Assembly (NCBI GenBank): GCA_049999805.1
Contig: JBNGIO010005794.1
Span: 65,102-115,717 of the forward strand
Origin: Folioceros fuciformis
Lineage: Eukaryota
DNA: 50,616 bases
Direction of reading: 5' to 3'
Positions 22,215 to 33,900 of the stretch are shown piece by piece; position 1 is the first letter of the stretch, and the number at the start of each line of letters is the position of its first letter. The notes below the pieces were generated by a model, which worked only from the letters and a program-made list of their open reading frames with translations, searched no databases and was not told the DNA's origin. The position numbers were made by a program, and so were the translations under genes.

Positions 22215-24270
22215 CTATATTCCGTATTTTAAATAAATACGTTCGTATTTATATATGTAAAATACGTACCAGCGTTGTTTACACGTACATCCTTGTTGGC
22301 ATACCAACTCTACTTCCGTTTCGTTTCTCTCCTTAACTTCCTTTTTCCGTGCACATGTTCCCGCGCACACTAGTTCCCGCCCAAGCTTCCACAACCCGTT
22401 CCCAAGGGATCTTTGACCACCTGCCTCTTGCAATGCGCTTTATTTTCTTACTGTTTGGGGACCATGGGTCGATTACCGGCTCAAGACGTGTGGGAGCACT
22501 TCCAAATCTTGGAAGCTCGTACATTTGGAGCGAAGAAGGTCTTATGCAAATTTTGTGCTCGCTCTTTCTAAGCAATGAGCACAAGGGCTAGATCATCTTA
22601 CAGGTGTAGGAAGTGGAGTGGGAGCATGCTCCGCAGTGCTGAGTGTAGTGAAAGAAAAGCTTTTGAATGGAGCAAAGGCCAAGGTGATATCTTCGTGCCT
22701 TGCATCAACACACCAAGCTGGCACCTCGAGTTCTTAGCAAACCACAATGGAGAAGGCATGGGAGCTACCACGCAGAAAGCTATGGTGAGGTGTTTTTATG
22801 CACGCGGCTTATCATTCAGCCTTGCACGATCTCCCTTCTTCATTGTCATGTTTAGTGCAATAGCCAACATAGGTAACTCTTATAAAACCCCAAACTTCAA
22901 CGCTTTGCGAACTGCTCTACTAGATGAGAAAAAGGCCTCTGTCCAGAGAAGTTGGAAAACGTTAAAGCCTCTTGGACATTTGGTTGCTCGATCTTGAGCC
23001 ATGGTTGGAGTGATAGACGAAACAGGCCATTGGTGAATGTCTTAGTGGCTTCGCGGCAAGGGAATGTATTTCTTAGAGTAGAGGACACATCAGGGCATGA
23101 GAAAACGGGCTTTGTAGCAAGGGAATGTATTTCTTAGAGTAGAGGACACATCAGGGCATGAGAAAACGGCTTTGTATCGTGCAAACCTATTTCGGCAAGC
23201 AATTGATGAGGTGGGCCGTAGGAATGTGGTTCACGTGGGTACAAACTCTGCGGCAAATTGTAAACGTGCTGGACAGATGATTGAAGCACAATATCCTAGC
23301 ATTATTTGGACACCTTGCTCGGCTCACATCCTGCACTCAACTCTAGAGCTGTTGAAGCTTACTAGATTTGCTACCCATCATATATGCTTGCAGCATCTCG
23401 TTTGAGTTAAGAACGGTCTCCTGGAAACCATGGTGAGCGAATCTTGGGAAGCTTGAAGGCCTTCTGGCTCAAGAACTTTGGAGCTTAAAGGTCAAGTGAA
23501 AATGGATGGCTTAAGAGCTTTGGAGCTTAAAGGTTAAGTGAAAATGGATGGCTCAAGAGCGTTGGAGCTTAAAGGTCAAGTGCAAATGGATGTTATGGAT
23601 GATAGTATGTGGGTGGGAATAAAGGCTGTCCTTTCCATCACTGCACCCTTTGTATAGTTATTGAGGCTTGTTGTATAGTTATTGAGGCTTGTTGATGGGG
23701 CAGGTTAGGTCATGGGGAAAATCTATCCAACCATGGTGGCAGCACGTAAAGAGTTGTTCGACTTATCTCAGGTTTTGGGGCACGAGAAGACAAAGTGAGA
23801 TTTTGGCAATCATTGACAAGAAGTGGGAACAACTTCATCAACCTATCCAAGCTATCTCTTACATCTTGGATTCAAAGTATTAAGGGGATGGCCAAGAAAT
23901 AGATGCAGCAATCATGTCAAGTCTACATACATACTTGGATGCAATGATGGGTGCAGGATCTAGTGCACAACAGGTGATCCGTGAACAACTTGGCTTGTAC
24001 AAAATAAAAAAGGATTATTTGGATCAAGGGTCTATGAACCCTGCGCTATGGTGGGAGAATTATGGGGCATCAACACCTCAACTCCAAAGACTTGCCATCC
24101 GCATCTTGTCTCAGCCTTCATGTCCAGCCTTCGAGCTGAGAAGCTAGTGTATATCCATACAAATCTAAGACTACTAGCAAAGGTGGAGGCAATGTTACAA
24201 TACCTTGTTGAAGATCGCCTTGAAGGACATGAGGAGGAGGAGGTGATGGTGCAGCAGGTGCAATAGGGGC
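22215..24270 (+). mobile_element. hAT transposase remnant, copy 2 (same family as 5950-7339, opposite orientation)
   Basis: MGRLPAQDVWEHFQILE, RCFYARGLSFSLARSPFF, GCSILSHGWSDRRNRPLVNVLV, WTPCSAH, WWENYGASTPQLQRLAIRILSQ and RAEKLVYIHTNLRLL (hATC dimerisation-like). Its 5' flank matches revcomp of ~7080-7339. Confidence 0.9.
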
Positions 24271-24949
24271 AGCTATAGGGAGTGGCACTTGATCAAGAAA
24301 AAAGACATCCTCGTACAAATCCTCATCAAAAGGAAGAGAGCTAGCAGATAGTGTATCATCTTCAGACACCAAGAGGTCTTCAAGAAACTTGGCAGTGCGA
24401 GCATAAGTAAGGGTGCTTATAAGGGGATTGTAACATTTGAAACTCTTGATCCCATCTTCATAACCAAGGAAGAGAAGTTTTTCTGATATGTCAAGCTTAC
24501 TACGATTCTCCGCAAGTATCCACGCATGTGCAGCACATCCAAAGATTCGTAAGTGAGCAATTGAGGGTTTAGATCCAGTCCATAATTCATAAGGTGTGCG
24601 TACTCTACCTAGCTCCCATTTTGGATGGTAATTACTATCGCAAGGTAAAATCTTATTTTACACTTATATTTTACAGTAAAGAAAAATATAATTATATATC
24701 ATGTAATTACATCATATATTGTAAAATTATATATGTATGTAAAATAAAAATACAGTTTATGGTAATACAATTCGAGAAGCGTGCATGCAAACACACATTT
24801 TCTAGTGCACTTTCTCCAATCTCGGTAGTGCGTTCTGCCATCTTTATCTTGAATGTGCACTTTACTGCGCAGCTTTGCGCCCGAAGACACATCGCCCATC
24901 TATAAACCATGCTTGGAGTACCTATAGTGTGCAGACCAACGTGCTACTA

Positions 24950-25200
24950 TTCGCAAATTTCTTGCAGGTTTTTTTGCTGGCATGCTGTTCGCAGTTTTCT
25001 CACAGGTTTTCTCGCAGGCATGCTGTTCGCAGTTTTCTCGCAGGTTTTCTCGCATGCATGTTGTTCGCAGTTTTCTCGCAGATTTTCTCGCAAGCATGCT
25101 GTTCACAATTGTCTCGGAGGTTTCTCGCATGCATGCTGTTCTCACACAGTGCTGTTCTGCATGTTGCTAAGAGAACAACAGTCATGTTGTTCTCACACAT
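24950..25200. repeat. ~38-bp tandem repeat array
   Basis: Repeated GCATGCTGTTCGCAGTTTTCTCGCAGGTTTTCTCGCA units, degenerating rightwards. Lies upstream of a hAT-like ORF and is probably a subterminal repeat. Confidence 0.85.
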
Positions 25201-25289
25201 GCTATCTAGATGCTTTGTTTTGTGATGTTTTATCTGAAGATATCTATATGCTTTGTTTTGTGATGTGTCATGTCCAGGTTGCTAAATAT

Positions 25290-26015
25290 GGAGCATAGTA
25301 GACGACTTGCTAAAAGGGGACCTAGTGGTCTTCCACTAAGTGTTGTTTCTGGAAAAAGGCCATGTAATACCAAAAAAAAGTTGGGCTAGAGACTTGTTTC
25401 AGACAATCCAGGTTGGCAATGAAGTTAAACGACAGTGCAACCTTTGCTCCCAAGTCCTATCAATAAAAATGTTTTCTGCTTGAAGTTCCATTTACTTGGT
25501 TCATGTCCTAGTTTTTTAATAAGTGATCAAGCCCAGGAGTTACAAAATGTGGTGGTGCAGGTGAAAAATGCTATAATGAAGGTCGGTGTGCAACTAAAAT
25601 CTGAACAAGGTACTCTGATTGCTATTTCCATAGGTGCCTCCACGAGTGGGAAGAAAACAGCACCCAATGCATTTGTAAATATTATTTCAGTGAGGAAAAT
25701 ACAAAGTTATAAGTTTCTATTGCTAAAGCTTTATATGAAATGGCGTTGCCTTTTAATATTGTGGAAAGTGAGAGTTGTAAGGAGTTTTTTAAATTGTTGA
25801 GGCCTTCTTTTCAATTACCATCTTGTTGGCAATTGGCAAATACATACTTGCAGCAGATATATAAGGAAGTGTCAGCTGATGTGGAAAAGCACATGAAAGC
25901 TTGTAAGTATGTTACTCTTACTAGTGATGGGTGGTCACGCAAGAGGGGTTCTAATCATATTTTGAATTTTCAAGCTTGTTCTGTTGGTGCAAGTATCTTC
26001 TTAGAAATGGTTCTT
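25290..26015 (+). mobile_element. 5' fragment of a different hAT-like transposase (BED-like finger, DUF659-like)
   Basis: RQCNLC...KFHLLGSC; ALPFNIVESESCKEFFKLLRPSFQLPSCWQLANTYL; YVTLTSDGWS. Frameshifted and truncated. Confidence 0.75.
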
Positions 26016-26398
26016 AGAAATTTGCTGGCCAGGACGGCTGAAAAGGCTGCACCAAAAACGAATGCGCACCTGTTGAGCAGAAACCCTGATTTTTAATGCT
26101 GTCCACCTTTCTTCTGCAAGTCCACCCCACATTCACATCGACAGGAGCAAATTCGACCAGCGGCCTCGCCCGGACTCCAACTCCTACTACAGCTGCTCTG
26201 ACCAGCTGCGACTCTTCAGTGTGGATAGGCTGGTGTATGTACACTCACATTTGTTGATATATACATATATTACAAATCAACGTCTAAGGAATTAGAACGC
26301 GATGGCGCCCGCGGAGGCAACTGCAGCCTACAGCTAGCTGAGGATCTGTCGCATCCGTGCCTTGCAAGGAGCGTGACGCACGCGGTGAAAAACTAGCC

Positions 26399-29300
26399 TT
26401 AGCGTCGCTGGAAGTTGATGTGCTTGATGGAGAGAGCAAACAGAAACCAAAACAGGAATCCAAACGCGGCCAGCATCACAGCACACAAGGCCAACATGTC
26501 ATATTTGTAGCCGAAGTAGGACTCCACGAAAGCAGCAACCAGCGGTGAGCCAGGTATGTCCTCTATTGTGGTTGTCACGTCTCCCAGCTGAGATGAAACC
26601 AGACCGTGTAGTGTCCACGCCACTGGGCAGATCCAGTAGTACCAAATCCACCACCCGGGTATCCTCTACAATTGCATTCGGCCACGGCGTGTCATTAGAA
26701 AAGGTGTACATGCCCACAAGGACTTGAAAGAGCAGGTACAGAATCTCAGATTTCTTACTGGTTGTGGAATCAAAAATCCCGAAAACAGATTCCAAATGGA
26801 ATAGAATGCCGATGAGATAACTGCTGCCAGATGTTGTGAAGCTGTTAACCCAACGACCATCATGCCGAAGAACGTGAAGTACGCGAATCCCAGACCCATG
26901 AACAGCATGTGCCAAAGGAATTTTGCTGTAACCACCAGCAACAGTTCCACGAGATTGGTGCCACCTCCAATAGCTGACAATTTGAGTGCTCACTGCAAGG
27001 AAACAGGAATGCTAGGCAGAGTTCTATTCGTCACAATCCGCAACGAGCCTACAGGTGTGCACACCTGCTGTCCACTCAAACTGCATCATGGAGTACGTGA
27101 TGATGGTGTACACCACTGTCTGTAGAAATATGTATGGAATTTCTATGAGCACCTGCAATCATGAACAGTCTGACAAATTTAGGAATCTTTGCACAAGTTG
27201 CTACATCAGAAAGCGTTAGCTCCCTGCTACACTTGATAGATGTGAAGGTTTCCTAAGGAAGGAATATACCTGTGCCAATGCATATGGAAATGGCGAATAC
27301 ATGCCCGCCGCACGTTCCCTATAGAAAACCGGACGCTCAACAGCCACAATAGGTTGTACAGTCGCCGCATTACTGATTCCTAGGAAAAGTACCGCGGAAT
27401 AAAGAGCACCCACCACATTGAAAACTTCCTGCTGTGTCCCCCTGCCAACAGACACAACACAGCCATGAGACATCGGTAGGGTCCAAGAGCCGGCTGACAT
27501 ATACGGATTGAGCACAAACCAAGACATGTAACTGTGCTTCGAAGGGGTGACCGTCAAAGAACTTTGTCAAGAGACAACAAAGTACCTTTTTGATCCCAAC
27601 CCCCAAAATATTGTTCCAAACATCGCAGACCCCATCACAGTGACACCCAGCCGCACACAGTTGTAATGAGGGCTACGCCAGTACGTGCAGTGTTGCTTCC
27701 ACAGGCAGGCAGCAAGCTGGGTGACAGAACTGCGGGAGTAGGTTGTTGGAAACTGGATATCTTCCGTCCCCGGTGCCGGCACACTGAGCTTCTCAATTAG
27801 TGATTCGTTTTCCCTGCAGCACATTTCCAGGAAACAAATTCGTCCCTGAGTGTGGAACAGAAGTTGGATTGCCCGCAGAGAGCGTATGGTAAATAGAACA
27901 TACCGAAACAACTTTGAATTCCTGTAAATGTCTGCAAAGCCTTGACCAATTCGCTCCTCTGCTGCGGGTGTGGTAACCTCAAGCATCCATGTGGCTGGGT
28001 TGTACCCATCCTTGATCGGTGGGACTCCATGGATACTCTGGAAAGTGGTGGCAAATGTTACCGAAAGTCTCAATTTGCTGGCATCGGCTGAAATATTTAA
28101 AGGAAGACACTGGAAATAGAGAATCCGGGATCCACCTCAAAGTAGTGAATGAGTTGATGCGAGTGCTGTCCCAGAGGCCCAGCATATATGACTGTTCCCC
28201 CACGTTCCATCAAGAGAAGCTACAGTTTGCGCATGGAAAATGCCGAACTCAGAATTTTCAAAAAGCATCTACACGGTCCACTGTAAAGAAAATGTGAACA
28301 GACAATACCTCATCAAATGCTTCAAAGATGTCTATGCTGGGCTGGTGGATTGTGCAAACAACAGTCCGCCCTGTGTCAACAGTATTCCGCACAGTACGCA
28401 TAACAATAGCTGCTGCTCGGGCGTCCAGCCCTGAGGTAGGCTCATCCATGAAGATTATAGAAGGATTCGCAACTAGTTCGACGGCAATTGTCAGACGTTT
28501 TCTTTGCTCCGTTGACAACCCAGTGCTGCCAGGTATCCCCACGAGCGCATGTCTCAAAGGAGCCAGCTCTATCAGCTCCATAATCTCTTCAACGAATGTC
28601 TGAAGAAGAAGGAGAGCATGCATCAAGCAAACCTCATGAGAGTCAAAAAAAGATCCTTAGATCGTTAATATCAGCACTCAACCACGAACCAGACAATCGA
28701 TCTTTAACCATTCACAGCACCTTGCAGCCATTTTCAATACTTACATGACGTGTTTGTTTGTCAACGTCATCGGGAAGTCGCAACCATGAGGAATAGAGCA
28801 ACGACTCATGCACTGTGACTTGTGGGGAATGTATATCAGTCTGCTCCACATATCCTGCAACTCGAGCAAAGGTAACTTGCACCTTGGGATGTCCAGACAC
28901 CCTGATTTCTCCAGTGATACGGCCACCCGTCTTCCTTCCGGCAAGAACGTCCATCAACGTTGTCTTTCCAGCTCCACTAACACCGACCAGAGCCGTGAGC
29001 ACCCCAGGACGAAAGGCCCCACTCACGCTGTTCAAAAGCTGTAACTTGGCCCCCTTACGATCTTCTTTCATTTCCTAAACAAGCAAACCGTGATGAGCAC
29101 AAAACGTGGATGTGGCATCAACCACTCCTACTTCACATCGACTTTGGTGCTTCGGTGAGCAAAGTACTGTGAGCAAAGCACATACTGGAGGCATATCAAC
29201 GCAGTAGCAAACGTTGTGAAATGACAAAGCCAGAGGCTTAAAGGGCAATATCATCCCCCTGGATGTCTTGCCAGGCTCTGTCAACTGTTGTATGTCCACA

Positions 29301-32300
29301 TGAATTTCAGGCCTTCTGTCATTCTGCCTGGCAACGGGTCCCAATTCAATGGTTCCTGCAGATTACAGCGCCGTACGTCTAGTGTGTCAAACACACTCTG
29401 AACTGGCAAAACATGATTGAAAGATCTGTCGCCTATACCTCCTGACTCCACGCTTGATTCCACAACATGGTTTGCCCGTTCCCCATCACGTTTTAAACTC
29501 CCGCCCCCGTTTTCGGGCCCGTGGAACCGTGGCTGGTCACTAGTATCTTCAGTCTTCTCTCTGAGAGTCTCCTCTGTCACAACTGCTTGTGGCTTGCCAG
29601 TGGCTGTCACAGACACGAATTTCATAATTTAGGTTGGCCCAGACGTCTGTGTAAACTCATCAGTGGATCACATCAATCCAAACAAAGTTAAAACCACATA
29701 GAACAGGTATCAGGTCCTTACAGTCGAAATGCGACAGTGCCAGAGTCACGGTTAAGTTGAGGAACAATGTATATCCAACGAGCACAGCAACGCCTATCCA
29801 GTACCAAGATCCGTTCATTGGCATCCCTCGTGCACCAAGAATTCTTCTATACAGAGGTACTCCGGGAGCATCAGGGCTTTGCTGGAGGGACAGTCCAGAC
29901 AACATGTCAGCTCTCACACAATGCAGGACTCTGCACCAAGCTACGAACATTCTTCCCAAGCCAAGCTTAATCTTCATTTGGGAAATTAGAGAGGCCCTAT
30001 AGCAGAGCAAGCCCCTGGTTGAAGGGATAGTCCAGAGGGGGGGGAATGGCATGTCGGTTCTCACAGAAAGGAATGTACCACATACCATTTGCCATCTAGG
30101 TGCAAGAAATTCGTTGACAGAGATAGCATTCTGAGCGTACGTCAAAGGAGACACCCAATATCCCCAGACCCACCAAGGGTGCATGCTATCTGCAAGTAAC
30201 ATAACAAATCGTGTCAAGCTTGTCATGTTGTCTGCTCGCGTCCAAGTGCGTGCGTTTTGCATAGACTGTGAAGCTGAAATAATGACAGAGGAGAAAGGTT
30301 ACTTTTTGCTAAGATGAATCCACCGAGAAGGAGGAGCAGACGAATTACAAAGGATCCGACAGTGTATGCAATAACCATGGATCTCCCAGCAGCACCTATT
30401 GTCCGAAAAATCCCAACTGACACCTGATGCGTGAGGAAAAGCAGTATCGTAAATTGAGTAAACCTGGAAAAAACAGAGAATTATCAGTACAAACTGCCTC
30501 TACTCCCTAGTAGGTGAAATGTCTTCTTCAATATGCTTGGGGTCCGGTACCTGATGGCGTCAGGGGCAAATCCAACAGTGTAATACACTATAGAACTCCA
30601 AACAACAGACTCCACAGCTGAGTAGGGAATTCTGAGAATCCAGACTGGTAATGAGAACGCCCAGGCTGGATAAAACAAGTTGTCTCTCTGCTTGTAGAAC
30701 ACTTGAAGGCGCATTACGGTGAGCGACATCTCAGAAAATCCATTGAAAACCATGTGCAACAAGGAATAGAATAGACAATTCATGTACAGGTTCCCGTCGC
30801 TCTCATTCGTGGGACTCAAATCTGTCCTCACGAATAAAGTGGCTGTCAAGAATGCCACTAAACCAACCTGCCACATACAAGACAGGATAGAAGAAAAACG
30901 TCCGTTTAGTTTTGTCTTCGAATCATGAATAATCCATTGACGGTTAACATCGCTGCAATGACGTTCCCTGGCAACTGGAAGCAATAGAATGTACCTGGAC
31001 AGTGCGGAAAACATACAGAGAACTGTTGCGCTTCATTAACAACAGCTCTCGTTCCAAGCAGGCTTTGAAAAGCTTCCACTCTGACAAGGCGTACTTTGTC
31101 TTGGCCATTGCCAGGGGATGACCTTTAGAAACATCCAGTGGAGTCGCAAGGTTTCTCTTCAACTCTTTCCGCAACTCGGACTCATGAAATGCAGCTGCCA
31201 TTGCAGACACCGGTGTATATTTGTAAGGCCTGCTCTTCTCTGCCCAGTACTGCTCCTGGTCCTTCTTCGAAATAACCTGACATCACAGGGTCCCCAGTCA
31301 CAGGAAGTTGAGTGAGCTGAGATTCCATTCACAGTCAAGATTCAAAACATGAAGAAACGTTTGGAATATTTCACTTCTTGAAGAAAGTCGGCCACGCCTT
31401 TGCGGGGTGGAAGCTTGAACCCCAATGACTCAAAAAACTCGACGACTTTCTCTCGAGGCCCCAGGTACACCAGATGACCATCAGCTAGGAGCAGAATGTC
31501 ATCGAAGAGGTCAAAAGTTTCCGGAGGTGGCTGGAGGAGATCCATCAGCACGGTTGCATCATGCAGGTGAACGAAGTTACGGGTGCATTTCACAATTTGG
31601 AAGGTTGTGGAGCTGTCCAACCCTGTGGATATCTGGTCCATAAACAAAGTATTCCTGGGTCCAACGATCATCTCACCTGCAAGAGAGCAGCACTGGTCAG
31701 ATACTCCATGCAACCAGCTAAAGCAGGATAGTAAATACGAGTGCTACGTTTTCCCAGACTCGGCATATTTGTGCGAGGCAGAAACCGCAGCAAAGCAAAC
31801 CTGTCGTCACACGTCTCTTTTGGCCTCCTGAAATCCCCCTGAGCATCTGACTTCCCACAATCGTGTCTGCACAGTGTTCAAGACCGAGAATCTTGATAAT
31901 GTAGTCCGTACAAACACTGTGCTTTTCGCCCTCCACAGCTGAGGCCTGATGCACACACAGTACACCATGCCAAGAGGTGTAATGAAACCGTAGGGGAACA
32001 ACGCCCGACATCGAGTAAGTGAGAGGACTTAACTAGTCATGGCATTGCTACCTTCATATAGGCGTCAATGCTTGGGCGAGGACGAATTTGCTGTTCCTTC
32101 TCCCTCCTAGCGAGCTCAGCCATCATATCTGCAACAATTCGGCTCAATCTTAGACAGCGTGAGATAGATACAGTGTGCCTTACCGATGACCAACGAAGGG
32201 ACAAGACCCCACCGTCCACAAACCTTGTTTATAGCCTACACCTTGACACCGGGCAGCAAAGTCAAGAGTCTCTCGTACAGTAAGCTCGCCAATGTGATTT

Positions 32301-33900
32301 TCAGTCTGGCTGACGTACAGCGCTGTCCTTTGAGGTATAAATTCCCTGAGCGTCAGGCCGTTGTAAGTAATCAAGCCAGATTTCTGGTCACAAGTGCACA
32401 AACAAGGCATTTAGAGCGGTCGAGCTCCAGGGTCCAGATTAGATGTAGTCTGACTCCTGGCTTGCAAACGAAACGTATAAGAAGGAGGGGCGAGGCGAGG
32501 GGGTCGAAAAATCACACCCGCAAGCTTGAATCTAGCTTTCCCACTAGCGCCAGCAGCAACGTCGATTTACCAGAACCGGGTGGACCAAGAAGAAGGGTCA
32601 TCCTGCATGCAGCCCGAGAAATTAACGTGTGATAATCCACGTCGAAGTTAAAATTGTGTCAGCCTGCACAGGGCAGCCGGGGGAGCCAGCATTCGGAATC
32701 GGATTATCGACGATGGTACGTAACACCTCACCTCCCAGGCTTGATCACACCGCTGACGCCGTGCAGAATCTGGAGGTCATGTTTCTCCGACGGCAGCAAT
32801 CTGCAAGCAGCTAGGCTGGCCTGCAAGGCGGAGCCACATCCATCACACGCTCCAAGGCGCAACAAGATTCATGATTCAAGCAAAACCATGGAACTTGCGA
32901 CATGAGTCTAGAGCCGGTAGCTGGCAGCGAAATGAGGGACAAGCGCCCAACGGATATTTGCACATTGAATTGGAGCTACAACGCACTAAACATCTATTGT
33001 ACATGATTCTGCATTCACCTCGTTCAGTTTGAAAGTTCAAAAAATGGAACCACTGTACAGTACTATTACGTGAGCAGACGTGGGGCCCACAAACGTCACC
33101 CAAGCAATTAGCTAGCGCTGTTCTGGACTTAGCGATACATACATACTACCGTCAGATCTAGAGATCCTTGCGGAACGGAGAGGCTAGGAGTGGCATGGTT
33201 CATGGATACATGTGATGGAAGGGGACTCAGAAGCGATGGTGCCGGGCTGCCTCAGAGTGACCGTACGTCAGTCAGACGCCACAGTCTTGAATCGGCATTG
33301 TGTGCGTATTGTACATACCTCGACCATGTTCCACACAAAATTCCACAGCGACGGAAGCGCACGCCCGCCAACGTACACCTGGGCCGAGACGTGCAGGTCC
33401 TGGAAGCGGACCTCAACCTTGGGGAGCTCAATCCCGACTCTGCATGGCACAAAACACAGTCAAGATTGGAACAGGATTTGAAAGCACCATTTCCCGCGCG
33501 CAGTCGGTTTGCGAACGCACTTGTCAATGCGGTTACGGAGCGACTGCAGAAGCATTTCGTTATCCCACTCCGAGGTGCCCAGGGCCTCGGCCAGAAGCTT
33601 GGCCCGCTGCAGGCGGCTTAGCTTGCGCAGATCCACAGGCTCAGGCTGGTGCGCGCGTTCCTCATTGCCAGTGTCGACATCCAGAGACCGTCTGGCGGGG
33701 ACGGCGCTGCAAGGAGCTAGCTTCGTGAGCGCGACCCATGGCCAGCTGGTGAGAGCCTCCGGATCCGGATCTGTTTCCTCGTCTGTCTGCTGGCTCCTGG
33801 AGTGGCGAGAAAAGGGGACGCCGCGCACACCGCCGGTGTCGTCCCACACACGCGTGCCTCCCAGCTTCAAGTCGAAAGGAGGGGCAGTGGGTCCCGCCAT
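26399..33900 (-). CDS. Full-size ABCG (PDR) transporter, multi-exon (span = ATG to stop)
   Basis: Exons: [28 protein letters not shown] (Walker A1), [143 protein letters not shown] introns. The exact exon model was not fully verified. Confidence 0.93.
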
